From NCBI GenBank assembly GCA_900617105.1, contig UYFQ01000829.1:1-64000 (forward strand): a stretch of 64,000 nt of DNA, read 5' to 3'. The translations under genes and the position numbers were made by a program. Shown here one piece after another: positions 21,938-33,900 of this stretch (positions within the stretch are counted from its first letter, which is position 1; the number at the start of each line of letters is the position of its first letter). The stretch comes from Hydrurus foetidus (lineage: Eukaryota). The notes beneath the pieces are model-generated. The model was not told the origin of the DNA and made no database searches. It saw only the letters and a program-made list of their open reading frames with translations.

Positions 21938-22792
21938 ACGTTGGCTGAGTGTTTCATATTTGTTTGTTTGTGGCGCTTTCTGTGTCGCTGTTCATACACA
22001 TATACTAGTCGTTTTGTACTATTATGATAGCACATTATACTGCAGTATTGCGTTGCGTGACAGCTGAGTAGTCGCTCTAAGTGTTACTTGCCACTCGTTG
22101 CGAACCACTTAGAATGGTGAGGCATGCAAGTTGATAGCAACATCATATATCAAGGCCCTCACATCTTACAGCACCTCACATGCCACCAAGCTATCTATCC
22201 TATGTGCTATATCTCGATACTTCAAGCAACACATCGTACACGAGCACAAATAAATCATCTTAACGCTTATGATTTCACCTTTTGTTCTTTCTTTACACTA
22301 CCATTTCCTTTCTTCATACTTGTTCGAGGTAGAGAAGTATCGTCCCTTCTTTATTGCACTCCGACCTGTCATCGCACTGTTGTCCCTTCTGTACATCTAC
22401 GTCTTGCGCAGAGGTTGGTGTCTTAACTCGGATGGAAGACTGAGATGTAAGTCACGTGCAGTGGTGTGCAGTGCGGTGCTTGAGTGGTGTTGTATCACAC
22501 TGCACTGTTGCCTATCACATAGCAGACAAGTGTTCAGGTGAACCCATTTCTTACCTCCCCTTTCTTTCACTCTATTTTATTGTTTAGGTCGCGCAGTGCG
22601 CCTACCTGACGCCGCTGTTCCACTGCCGTTCTTTCAGCTACTTATAGTAGAAGCATGTGATCTGTTCGATCGCATTTGCGCAGCAAATTGTCCATGTTGG
22701 TTTGCACCACTCAAGATTATTATCGTATTGACATTATCCGCGATTTTTTTGCTTTTGCGTACATATTCTCGGCATTTGTGACATCTTCGTAA

Positions 22793-23110
22793 ATGATTGT
22801 GATCTCAATAGTGTTTGCTGTTGGCTACTCAGTTGCGTACCTATTCTATATGGCGAGTTGCGGTCTATTATTCCGATTCGTGGAGTTCACTGGATTGTCC
22901 TGTTGCGTGGGTCGATGTGGATGGACTGTGGACGAAGGGGGACCCGAGGGACTGGGCTTCCCAGAAGGGCAAAGATTTTCAGGTGTTAAAAGTGGTTGCG
23001 ATCTATGTAGCTCTTCTTTTGCTTGTCTGGTTGGAAAATCGAGTGGAGGGGATGGAGGCGGAGACGGAGGAGGGGATGGAGGCGGAGACGGAGGAGGGGA
23101 TGGTGGGTGA
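22793..23110 (+). CDS. Small hydrophobic protein with (GGDG)n tail, or last exon of a larger gene; paralog of 25570-25848
   Basis: GYSVAYLFYMASCGLLFRFVEF...CGWTVDEGGP..GF; homologous to the ORF on the opposite strand. Confidence 0.55.
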   Translation: MIVISIVFAVGYSVAYLFYMASCGLLFRFVEFTGLSCCVGRCGWTVDEGGPEGLGFPEGQRFSGVKSGCDLCSSSFACLVGKSSGGDGGGDGGGDGGGDGGGDGG

Positions 23111-24413
23111 TCTTTCACACCTTCGTGTCACCTCGATCGACGGCCATGCGATGTGCTGTACACCGCCATCTTCTTCTGGCTATTTCGATATGATTTAATC
23201 TTTAGAACGACTGATATCTTGTCTAGACTGTCTTAACTAATATAATCTGTGTTGACGGTTACTTTTACCGGAGATAACGGTTGCTTCGACTGATATTCGG
23301 TATAGTTGATGCTCGACTTCATTCTTGTTTCTTGTCATGTCATATCTAGAGGCTATCGGACTAAGACGACTAGAACTTGAGCTAGAGAGCCTTTACAGAT
23401 GATACGTGCCCGTTTCAATTGTAATCGACTAATGGATTGCATTCGGAACAAGTGTATGACCACATCACTTCACTTTACTTCACTAATTACTCTAAGCTCT
23501 TTTCAGAGGAACATTCGCAATGACTCCTTTTTTGCGAATTTGTGAGAGAAAGAGGGAGAGTCTGAGTGATGGTGAGGGGAACGTTTGTATAGTTTGTTTC
23601 AATCTTTAACACAATAATTTGTTGCAGATTATATTACTGGTGTGCAATGGGTCGCAGCTGTCGGTCGGTGTGTCGATATGAACTTGGATTAGCCATGCAA
23701 CCGTTAGTCCATCGCATGGGGTGGTATTCAATTGTAACCACGGGATGATCATTAAGTTGATTAAATTGCGTCAGATGGTATTGTTGTTTTGTACACCGTA
23801 TACTCATTCAAGAAGAGTGAGTTGGTTCGGGTTTCGCCTTTCTCATTGATCGATTAGTATCGATAAAATCGCTTCTATAAGAGTTTTATCTGGAATAATC
23901 TTATCCTTGATGAAAATTCGAATATTCAATTATTCACGATCGATCTTGCAACTCCACGATCCGATCAATGAAATTCATTTGTGGAGAAGGGACCATCAAT
24001 GAAATTAATCGTCAACACGAAGAATGTTCGGAAGTATTCACGCGTTGCGGTTAGCGCAGAGCAGAGCCTAAAATCTTTATTACATTGCCCTGTTGTTGTA
24101 GTCACAGCTAAAAAGGGTTTACACGATAGCCTGTTGCGTCGATAGCCATGGTCGTTAAGGATTATTGAGAAACCCGAAAGAAAGAGAAAAGAGTTTGTAA
24201 GACGCATGAGCGTGGTGGATTAATGCGACAGCAGCAGTACGACGGCCAGACGGACAGAAAGAGATCGCTAGAACGAAATTCATTCCACACAAGGGGATAA
24301 CAATGTAAAGTTATTCTAATCATGACAGGATAAAGCGGGCCATGTAATTTTGCTGTGACAGTGTTCACATTATGTACACGTAAACATTTACATACGGTCA
24401 CCGAGAGATTCAA

Positions 24414-24896
24414 TTAGCTTGATTTCTGCAATTTACCCAAAATGGATAAAATTTGAGTCGATAGAATCGGCTGCCCCTTCTTCGTTCGTTTCATTCGCTC
24501 TCTCCTCTGCACTTCTCGAAGCTCATTTTTCTTCTTAATTGTGACAGTCAGTTCCTGTGACTGTAATACAGCCTCTGCTTTCAAACTTGCTTTCTTCCCT
24601 GCTTCCTCCGATGCACTCTTAAACGGATTCCCTTGTTTAGGAAGGACTTTTGTCGATTTCAGCTGCTCCCGTTCTTTGCTAAGAGGTGCCTTTCTACCTT
24701 CGTAAGTCTCTAAATTCACTCTATCGCTCACTATACCCTCCGCTTTGCAGAGTTTAGCGTAATCCCGCAACATCTTCGACTTTTCGTTCCTTTTTCTTTC
24801 ATCGTCCTCCTTCTTTTTTTGATTGAATGCCGCTTTGCCTGTCGCAAACTTGTGGATAGAGACGACATGATGTTTCGCGGAGGGCCTTCGACTCAT
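24414..24896 (-). CDS. FYV7/TAP26 (CCDC59)-like rRNA-processing protein, 160 aa
   Basis: Lys/Arg-rich coiled coil with family-like motifs LRDYAKLCKAEG and C-terminal KRTKKGQPILSTQILSILGKLQ. Confidence 0.7.
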   Translation of the reverse strand: MSRRPSAKHHVVSIHKFATGKAAFNQKKKEDDERKRNEKSKMLRDYAKLCKAEGIVSDRVNLETYEGRKAPLSKEREQLKSTKVLPKQGNPFKSASEEAGKKASLKAEAVLQSQELTVTIKKKNELREVQRRERMKRTKKGQPILSTQILSILGKLQKSS

Positions 24897-25569
24897 GATA
24901 CGGATTACTCCAGATTTTACGCGCGTTGAGCCAATTTTACGACCTACTGAATCCTAACACAAGGATGGTGAAAACTGCAGTTGGACTGGACAGCGTAGGT
25001 TATAAAGATGAAATGTTGTTGATAACTTATCTTGAAACTTCCATCATGAAAGCCGAAAGGGCATTTTGATGGTGGGTAAAAAATAAAAAACAGCGTGAGT
25101 TCCGGTTCACGGTTACGGCTACTCCGCTTCATTTTGGATCTGGGATGTGAGTTCTATCCCACGGGACATTTCTTGTATATGTTCTACTTACATAACATAC
25201 TTCATTCGATTTTTCTGTTGCGCTACAGTGCGTTCTACAGGTACCTCTTCTCTTCAAAGTTTGTAAATAAGTTGTGTTGGTTCAGCGATTTTTTTGAAAT
25301 TATTTGAAATCTACTTAAATTATTATTTTTTAAATCTAGAATTCTGTCGTGACATAAACAGTATGTTAGATATTGTCATCATCCGCGGAAAAAAACCCAT
25401 GGTACATCTAGTATTTCAAAGATTTACTTCTACAGAAAATATCATTAAGACCACTTAGTGTGTTAGGAAACGCATGACAATGAGTAAGTGCAATAAGCCT
25501 GAGTACTTGAGATTTCAAACCAAAATAACTTCATAAAACCCTAAAATTAAGACTTCGACGACTCGCCAA

Positions 25570-25848
25570 TTACCCATCCCCATCCCCTCCATCTCCTCCA
25601 CCTTCATCCCTATGGACATAGCCGGGAGGCCTCTCAAATATTGGAGTAGGAAAATTAATTTTATGCCCCATTCTGCCATGTGAAAAACCCTGTTTATTTG
25701 GACCCCCTAAATCAACGGTATAACATCCACATTCAACCAGAAAAAAGGAATAGGGCTCAAATTCTACGAAGCGGAATAAATACCCAAAACTCAAAACATG
25801 GAATAGGTAGCAGACTGAATAGCCAACAATGAGGATACCGAGTTCCAT
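25570..25848 (-). CDS. Small hydrophobic protein with Gly/Asp tail; paralog of 22793-23110
   Basis: GYSVCYLFHVLSFGYLFRFVEF...CGCYTVDLGGP..GF...GGGDGGDGDG. Confidence 0.6.
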   Translation of the reverse strand: MELGILIVGYSVCYLFHVLSFGYLFRFVEFEPYSFFLVECGCYTVDLGGPNKQGFSHGRMGHKINFPTPIFERPPGYVHRDEGGGDGGDGDG

Positions 25849-26344
25849 TCTGTCAGCGAGAAACTCTAATCCGTTATACAGATGAAATGCAGTCTCTTTG
25901 AGACAAGAGCCAATGAGCTTAAATGGTACAAGCGAACACGGATAATCTGCTTGATTTTCTTCTTGTGTTACTGCAGGAATCGGATCAAAGTCGCTTCCTC
26001 AACGCCAATTCGTATCACGTATATTCGGTATTGCCACTGTTATACCGTAATAATCACAGTTGTATAGTATTTATCCGGTACTTGGTACCAAAGGACTAGC
26101 TTTTAGTACAAACGTCATATTTACATTTGGGTAGCTACTCTCTCGCCTATGCAACAACTCAGAGCCAGTCAAATTGCATGCGCATGACGTCTGAGATCTT
26201 ATTAATATACGGCAGGTAGAAATGATGTGTAACCTGCATTTATGCTTTGTGGCCATTTTGCCAGTTTCTAATTCTTAAAAAGAATATACTAACCAAATTC
26301 CTCTATCTTCGTTTGGCCACCCACGATATGTCCTCCCGACTTCG

Positions 26345-26606
26345 TGCCCAAGGCGACTCACAGAGACAAAGTACAAAATACAAAATTTGAGTATTTTTTT
26401 GGTGATATTTGGCGCAACTTTGTCTCGCCGATTTGCCAGACAAATTTTCTCGTCTTTTTGTCATGGAGAGACCTGACAAAGTTGAAACACGAAAAAATTG
26501 ATTTTTATTTTTTGTTTTATTCACCACAAGGTACAATAGAGCGAGACAAAGTCAACAAAAACTCCAATTTTGTACTTTATTTTTTGTACTCCCACAAGGA
26601 ATGCAC
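26345..26606. mobile_element. Degraded Harbinger-type MITE
   Basis: GTACAAAATACAAAATTTG near the left end and AATTTTGTAC...TTTTGTACTCCCAC near the right resemble the ends of element 52903-55491; followed by TAA. Confidence 0.45.
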
Positions 26607-26985
26607 TAACATGATCGACATACGAAAATAAAATTATGCGTGGCAAATGATTCCCCACCAGCACATCTTCATAATAAGCTAGAAACTGCATATTTAATGC
26701 GGAAAACTCCTATACTTGGGCTGCATAAGTACTGGTCACATGAACCAAGACAATTTAGTTGTGACTTCCTACGAGTAAGTATATCAAATCACTCTCAAGT
26801 ATTCCTGGTAATTCCATACGCAAAGTTTAGTGTAGTGCGCACTGATCTTTGAAACATTACTTGAAGTACTGCCGAAAAATGTGTGAAATTACTGATATTT
26901 TAGCGAATCGCCAACACCGTGTAACTTGACTTTCTACTTCTTCTTGAGTGATATATCCCCCATGATTCGGCTAATGATTACACGC

Positions 26986-27079
26986 CTCCAAGGCGTGCAG
27001 CCTCTAGTCGATAGAACAATGTAGATAAGGGAAGTCGGCAAAATTGATCCGTAACCTCAGTATGAGGATTGGCTTTGAG
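26986..27079 (+). pseudogene. Dispersed 28S (LSU) rRNA fragment, about 95 bp
   Basis: CTCCAAGG...CAGCCTCTAGTCGATAGAACAATGTAGATAAGGGAAGTCGGCAAAATTGATCCGTAAC...AGGATTGGCT matches a conserved eukaryotic LSU segment; flanks are not rDNA. Confidence 0.9.
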
Positions 27080-27937
27080 CGTCTATCAGATGCGTTATTC
27101 AGAGCTTGACGTGAAACCTCGATCATTGAAAGGAGTTGTGGGCGGAAGTCTGAGAGGTATTATGGGCCGAGAAGTTAGAGAAGCCCTAATAAGTGGCAAG
27201 ATCTGGAGGGACTTTCATTACACACTTTCGACAGCACAGAGAAGAGAGTTCAGAGTTGAAAGCTGTGTAACACGCAGTGGACGTTATAAGAAAATGGTCG
27301 TTAAACTGATCTCTTTGGAATACATCATTCTTCATTCCTCACATCGTGATTAGAGTACGTGAATACTATCATCTAACATCGCTGTGCTGCACCTTATAAT
27401 GCCCTGTACATACATCACTGGAAAAAGTTGGAAAAGTGATTTCTCGCGTCCCCACTCGGTTGGCAAAATTTTTACGAGTAGTAAAAGAACTTAGATTGTG
27501 AAGAATGTAAATGTTGTATAAATTTACAACAAAACTTGGACTATGTATACACAATTGCCACCTCCACAAACACATGTATTCATATCGGCAAGGAGAATAG
27601 AAAAGAAGCGTGTTCAAGATATGGAAGATGTCATAATCTTCCAGATGACATTTCCGTATAGAAATCTTAGAAAAATTGGTGCTATAATCGTCTAATGGTG
27701 TACTAAATTACAAACATACAAAGTTTACAAATACAAAATTTCGCTCTCAACCGTATACATTCATTAATCAAATAGAATCAAAACTAAATTAAAATATCGA
27801 TGGAGATCGTTATCTCATCAATTTATGCAGACACGTACAACAGATAAGCACGTATGATTTCCACAACCGCACAGTACAGTATAGTGAGACGCTGGATCAG
27901 AGTCCGCCTCTCACTGCGTATCTATGAGAACGTACGT

Positions 27938-30900
27938 TTAAGAAACTAGGATGGCGTACTTACTCCACCAAGAAGACACGGATTTCTCCAGGAATCCGAC
28001 GTTAAAACTTCCCTTCGCTTCAAGGCAACTTTCTCTCTGTGTACTCGCCACAGTGGTAGTGAAAGCTGCTGTACTGATGAGGGCTTTTAAATGGCCTATC
28101 TCGATTGGAGAAGGGGAAAATGCCCAGATAAATACAACAGCGCTGCCACCTGGCATTATAGCCCTAAAATAGAGGGAATATGAAAAAAGGGATGAGGGAG
28201 GGAGGGAGGGAGGGAGAGAGAGATAGCGAGGGAGATGGCGAGAGAGGAAGGGAGGGAGAGAGGGAGGGAGAGAGGGAGGGAGGGATTCTAGGAATGTATG
28301 ATTTGCAAATGCTTAACAAAATCAAAACAAATTAAAATTCAGGCAGTAAAAAGGTTTCATGAACACTCACACAACACTTGATCAGAAACATTCCCAGGCT
28401 CCTCGTTTATTCCAGGTCCGCATTTAATCTGGACCCACCCCTGTACACGACTACAAACTGTACCGTACTGTTTTCAGTTTCAGTACAGTACAGTTTATTG
28501 TCGTGTGTAGAGGTGGGTCCAGATTAAACGTGGATCTGTAATAAAGGAGGAGCCTTGACTTCGTAGAGTGGGGGAAAGTGTCCAAGTCGATTCTGTTTGG
28601 AAGAAATATCATGGCTGAACTAGACCAGACTTAAGTCTTCATTTGTGCAGCATGGGATACAATGTGTGGACTTTGTACCTAGATTCTGCTTCATATCCAG
28701 TAGCTATCGAGCCCAGTAAAAGAACATTCTTCCCATGTACAATTTGCACCCTGGATATCTGCAGTGGTGAAAGGGATTTGTTGATGATAACCGTAGCACA
28801 GCACCTGGACGCCTGCAAGCCTGAGTGAGTGCAGTGCCACTCCCAGACCAGGCGCCACACACTCTCATCCAGCTGTGCCCATGTGAGATACCCGCTGTCC
28901 ATTCGCCCTGCTATTCTCTTCAGTACGTCACACTCAGGACCGATTATTCTCCGCAACACAGTGGCATTCGCAAATCCGAACCTGTACCCCTCTATCAACC
29001 CTGCAGGTGACATCGCTTTTGCCTGTTGTTTCTCGAGGTCCAGTCTACCGGCAGTGGATGATGTACTTCTTTCTACAGTCACGAGATCGGATGGAATGAT
29101 GTGGCCAGGACTGCCCATTCTGTGTGCGTTGTGAGCTAGTGCAGCGTACGCCTTAACAGCTGCATGGCGACTACCGCAAGGAATCATAACGGCTTCCGTC
29201 TCGCCCCCGTACAACACCACACCCACACTGTTCAACAACACGTAGCAGTGACTGATATTCGCCCATGTCCTGCCCCATAGGGATTTAGGCTTTCTCCAGT
29301 ATACATACGTTTCGCTGAGAACAATTGCTTCCCCTGCATTGTCCAAGGGAATGTAGCTCAGGAAGACATCTTCGTATCCGATGCTCTTAGACCGCTTACT
29401 GACGAACTCTTGAGCGAATGCTGCCTCCAAATTGAGAGGAACTAATACCAAATCCGAGGCGTCACTAGCTGACCTCTCGAACGCTCTGGGGGGACGGACA
29501 AGAACATGCACACTCGCCACACCCACTTGGTTAGACACTCCGCTGTAAGGGTGATGAGAAATGAAAATTGAGAAATGACGCAGATGATGAGTGGGCATGA
29601 AGCAGCCAATCAATTAGTGAATTAGTCACTCAGTGAGCCAGTGATGGATTGTCAGTCAAGCGTCACGCAGATATGGGTGTGTGTGACAGTAAAGCAAATG
29701 CATTGACGATAGTGCGAGCAACTCGTCAGATACACACACGCACACACAGATGCGCACAGACTTTTTGCGGCAACAAATGTAAAAGTGCATCTTGTGCCAT
29801 GACGCAACACCTTCACGAGAATCCCATCCCATCCCATCCCATGATATCATATCAAACCACATTCAATCTTATCCCATATCATCCCATTACACCACACCAC
29901 ACCACACCACATCACATTATGTTGCACCACACTAGAACACAACCCATCATATCACATCACACCACGCACAACACTTCACGTACCTCGCCACCGAGGTCAG
30001 TCCGTCTGTGATGCCCATGACTGGTTTCACAGCAGCTCCAATCAGACCGAGTCCTAGACCCCTAAAAAAACCCTGCACCCCATTCTTACGGGCCTATTCA
30101 GCGGGATACAGATATGAAAGAAAAGATAAGTGGAATGATATTATAAAAGTTTGCATTGATTCAACAACGCCGCATTATCTGGTGGTGTGATAGATTGTAT
30201 TCTGCACACATACTACTGGTTACCGACACCGCACTACCTCCCTCTCTTTGTCACTGATACTCACTCACCCACTACCTCTCCATCTGATTCTCTCTCATAC
30301 ACACACCATCCCTCTATCTCACACTACCCTCCTCCCTCCCTCCCTCTCTCCCCCTCCTCTCTCTCCCTCCCTCCCTCTAACTCACTCACTGACGCACCTC
30401 TTCGAATGGTTTGGTGACCAATCCGCTTACGCCGGAAGTTATACCGGAAATGACACTCTCGCTCCCGTCCAGTATTCCATCCATAATTCCCCCTCTATTA
30501 GCCCTATTTCTCTGTCTTTTCAGCGCCCTTCTTCTCACGTATTCGGAGTCACCGGTGAGCAGGGAGATCCCCTTAGAGGCGGTACCCACGATTGCCACAG
30601 TAGAATTCATCGCACCACTACAAGTACGTAAGTACAGATTATAAATACGTGAATTACACTAGATATTTAGAGAATATACTCCATTACTTTTGAAGGATAA
30701 ATTGATGAATGAGTCACAATATCCGACAATAAGCACTATGTAGAATATTGAGCAGATGTGTGGTGTACATAAGTACACACTAAACGCGCAAATCAGGCGT
30801 ACACTGCAATAAAATACACAGTTGCATTGTTCTGTGACACTTAAGTGCTGATGTGTGGTTTCGGCATTCTTTATCTCAAAGCTTTCAAACAAAAAATACA

Positions 30901-33900
30901 AAAAATTGTGGAAAAGATTGATTATTTGTCAAAGAAAAGTTCAGCAGGACGGCTCGTAGAACAAATCTGACATTTGAATTCGTGCATACCTGACGACATT
31001 CGCCAACAGGTGAGATGTGCCCCGTCCCAGGCCAACGACAAAATCCTGTGGACCCAGGACCGCACCTGGAATCAAGAGTTGTTATACGGTTTGTGAGCGG
31101 ATGTTGAGGATGCTGTTGGTCGTTAAGTAGAACGGAGAGACGTGGAGGAGGAGGGTAAGGGGAGGGGAAGTGGGGGCATGCATTTAGTTGGAAGTAGAGA
31201 CGACATCAATGTCATAGCGATCACTATATCGAGTGTAAGCACGAGTTTCAGACAAGAACAAGAACACTAGTAACAATATTATCATCATATCCATTATCGT
31301 GCAGTGAGTATAAAAACGACAATATTGTGTCGGTTATACCTGCTGTCAATCACAGAGTAGAACGAGGAGCAAATGACTATCAGCCCATCAATCAAATTTA
31401 ACAAAAAGTACCTTGATATGGCTCATAGAAAAATGACTTCACGCCGCTACCCACTTTCCGTGCAAACCCCATCGGGGATCCGATCACAGTCAGGGATCCT
31501 GGGACAGGAGGGAGGGAGGAAGGGAGGGAGGGAGATAGGGAGGGAAGAAAAGAGAAAGATGGGGCGGAGGGAAATAGAGTGAGAGAGGGGGTTAGGGAGG
31601 GAGTAAGAGTGAGAGAGGGTAAGAGCGAGCAAAATACAGTGGAGATATGCTTAAGTGGGTCAGAAAAGGGTGGAGTAGGGAGGTGGAGAGTGATACTGAT
31701 TGCTTGCAGAATGCACGTGTAAATAATGAGGATAAATAGCACTGCAGCCCCCAAAGCGCTAACCTGATAATGTCATGCATTTCTACGAGATCGCATGGCA
31801 GGTGTGTGGGCAGACACCACAGCATAGCACAGCACAGCACAGCACAGCACTGCACTGCACAACACTGCAGCACACCACACCACATCATACTATACTACAT
31901 CACACAACAAAGATATACCAGCGATCTGCGCCAGCTGTGACTGGAGATCCATCAGCGTCTTGTGTGCGATCAAATCCACAAGAGAGCCCCACGACTCGAA
32001 AACATCTTCAACTTCAAAGGATTTCAGCCGTAACTGCATACGGTCAACTCCGGCCAAGGAGGTCAGGAAGTTTAGCGCAGTAGTTTGAAACGAGTTCTCT
32101 CCTGTCTTGCGTGGAAAGGCAGTCTGCACAAATGTTAGTGTGATTTTAACTGGGTGTATCACGAGTTTTTCAATGCACATTTTAGAGGCCTGTGCGCTGA
32201 GTTGTGATCGATACACATCCACCGACGCATCTCTCTCACACGGGCTTGTTATGTTGAAGTTGAAGTTCTCCATCCATTTCTCTGGACTTGAAGTTGCTGC
32301 TGCTTGTTCGTGGTCTATAAAGTGCAGCTGCGAGATGAGGTCTACGTAAAGCAGTTGGATTGTCGCTGATTCCACCTCAAGAGCAAGTGGCAGTATCCTG
32401 TATGGAAGAAGGGAGAGAGGGAGGGGTAGTGAGAGAGGGGTAATGGGGGTGTAAGAGGGAGGGAGTAAGTGTTTTAAATGCTTGCTGGTGAAAGCGAGGG
32501 AGAAAGGTAGGATAGAAGTTAAGGGCGTAGTGTGAGTGGGTAATCGAGGAAGTGAGATAGGGTTTTGTGAGTGGGTGAAGGGAAAGTGAGAGACACAGAA
32601 AGTATGCTTCACGGCGAGAGCTATGGGGTGGGAATGAGGAAGGCAAAGGTTCGCAGAGAAACTGGTAATGTGTGCTCTTTCTGTTGAGTTGCTGTGATTC
32701 TTGGCACTTGTTTGAAGAAAGTAGATTCAACCAGAATTCGACATGCGATAGAAAGACAAAACTACTCTGATTTGAAACACATAACTTCACGTACCTGATG
32801 GCAACATATTTCAAAATAGAGGAAGAAGAGGACGAAGTAGATCCGTCAGAACTCTCTCCAACTAACTCCTCGATCAAAGTCATTTGAAGCCAAGGCACCT
32901 CGCCCTTTGACCATGAGTCGAGTTTACACTGGGCAATATGTTCGTTTTTATCGACTTCATTCTCACCAACATCATCATCATTTTCTTGACCACGTTGAAA
33001 TAGATCAACGCTTTTATGTATTTCTTTCTTTGTGCTGTGTAGCAGTACAGGATACACCACAGTCTCTGAGTAGTTGTCAACTTGAAGATCGGTTATCATA
33101 AATTCAAATGACCGCATAGAACCCTTCGTCTTCACTCTGCCTTCCAGGCCATCTATATACATACTAAAAAACTCTCTTCTAATCGGCTTTTCAACCACTA
33201 AAGAAAGGCCAAAAGATGCCAACCCAAAACTCAATCCGAACGAACGTACACCTTCTGTACTTACTGGTGACGTGCTACTAGAAGATTGTGAGTTCTTGGA
33301 ATTTGACGACCCAGGATCCACAGATCGGGATATGAGCAGTACTCTTCCTCCTCCTTCTGCCAGCACAGATAGCACTATTTCCCCTTGTGCTCCTACTCTA
33401 TTGCTGTTGTCAGGCAGACGTAACTGCTCACCTGCATTCAGTAGGTCTAATCGGGCTATTCTCAGTCTCTCTCCTGCCAGGCTAGTACCTGCTGTTACTA
33501 GGATGTCGCTGCTGGAGTCTGGATCTGCCCATCCGTAAGGTGTGCTGTGATATGGCGCAACACACACATCAAACGCAGCCTTATCCACCCCCATTTGATC
33601 CGTCTCAATATCCGCTTGTTTGATCGTAACGTACACATCAGAGTCATTGCGTACGGACAGTGCTGCCCCCTTCACCTGTGTGGCCTGCCACACCACTATC
33701 ATCACGGAACACGGATCCAAGGTCTCCGCAGCCTTCACTTCAATCACCACCACATACGGCTCGCATGCATTAGGTCTGGTGTTCGAATCCCGCCTAGGGA
33801 GATGAATAACCCTGCGTCCTAACTCATTCAAATCAATGCATCCTAAACTCCATAGGGTGTTTGTCGTTCTTATTTGCACACTAGTGCCTGAGGACACTTT

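Noticed and set aside
23120..24400. Possible degenerate minus-strand coding sequence
   Set aside because: Multiple stops and no recognisable motif; cannot support a call
26986..27079. Functional rRNA gene
   Set aside because: Only about 95 bp with substitutions; no surrounding rDNA unit
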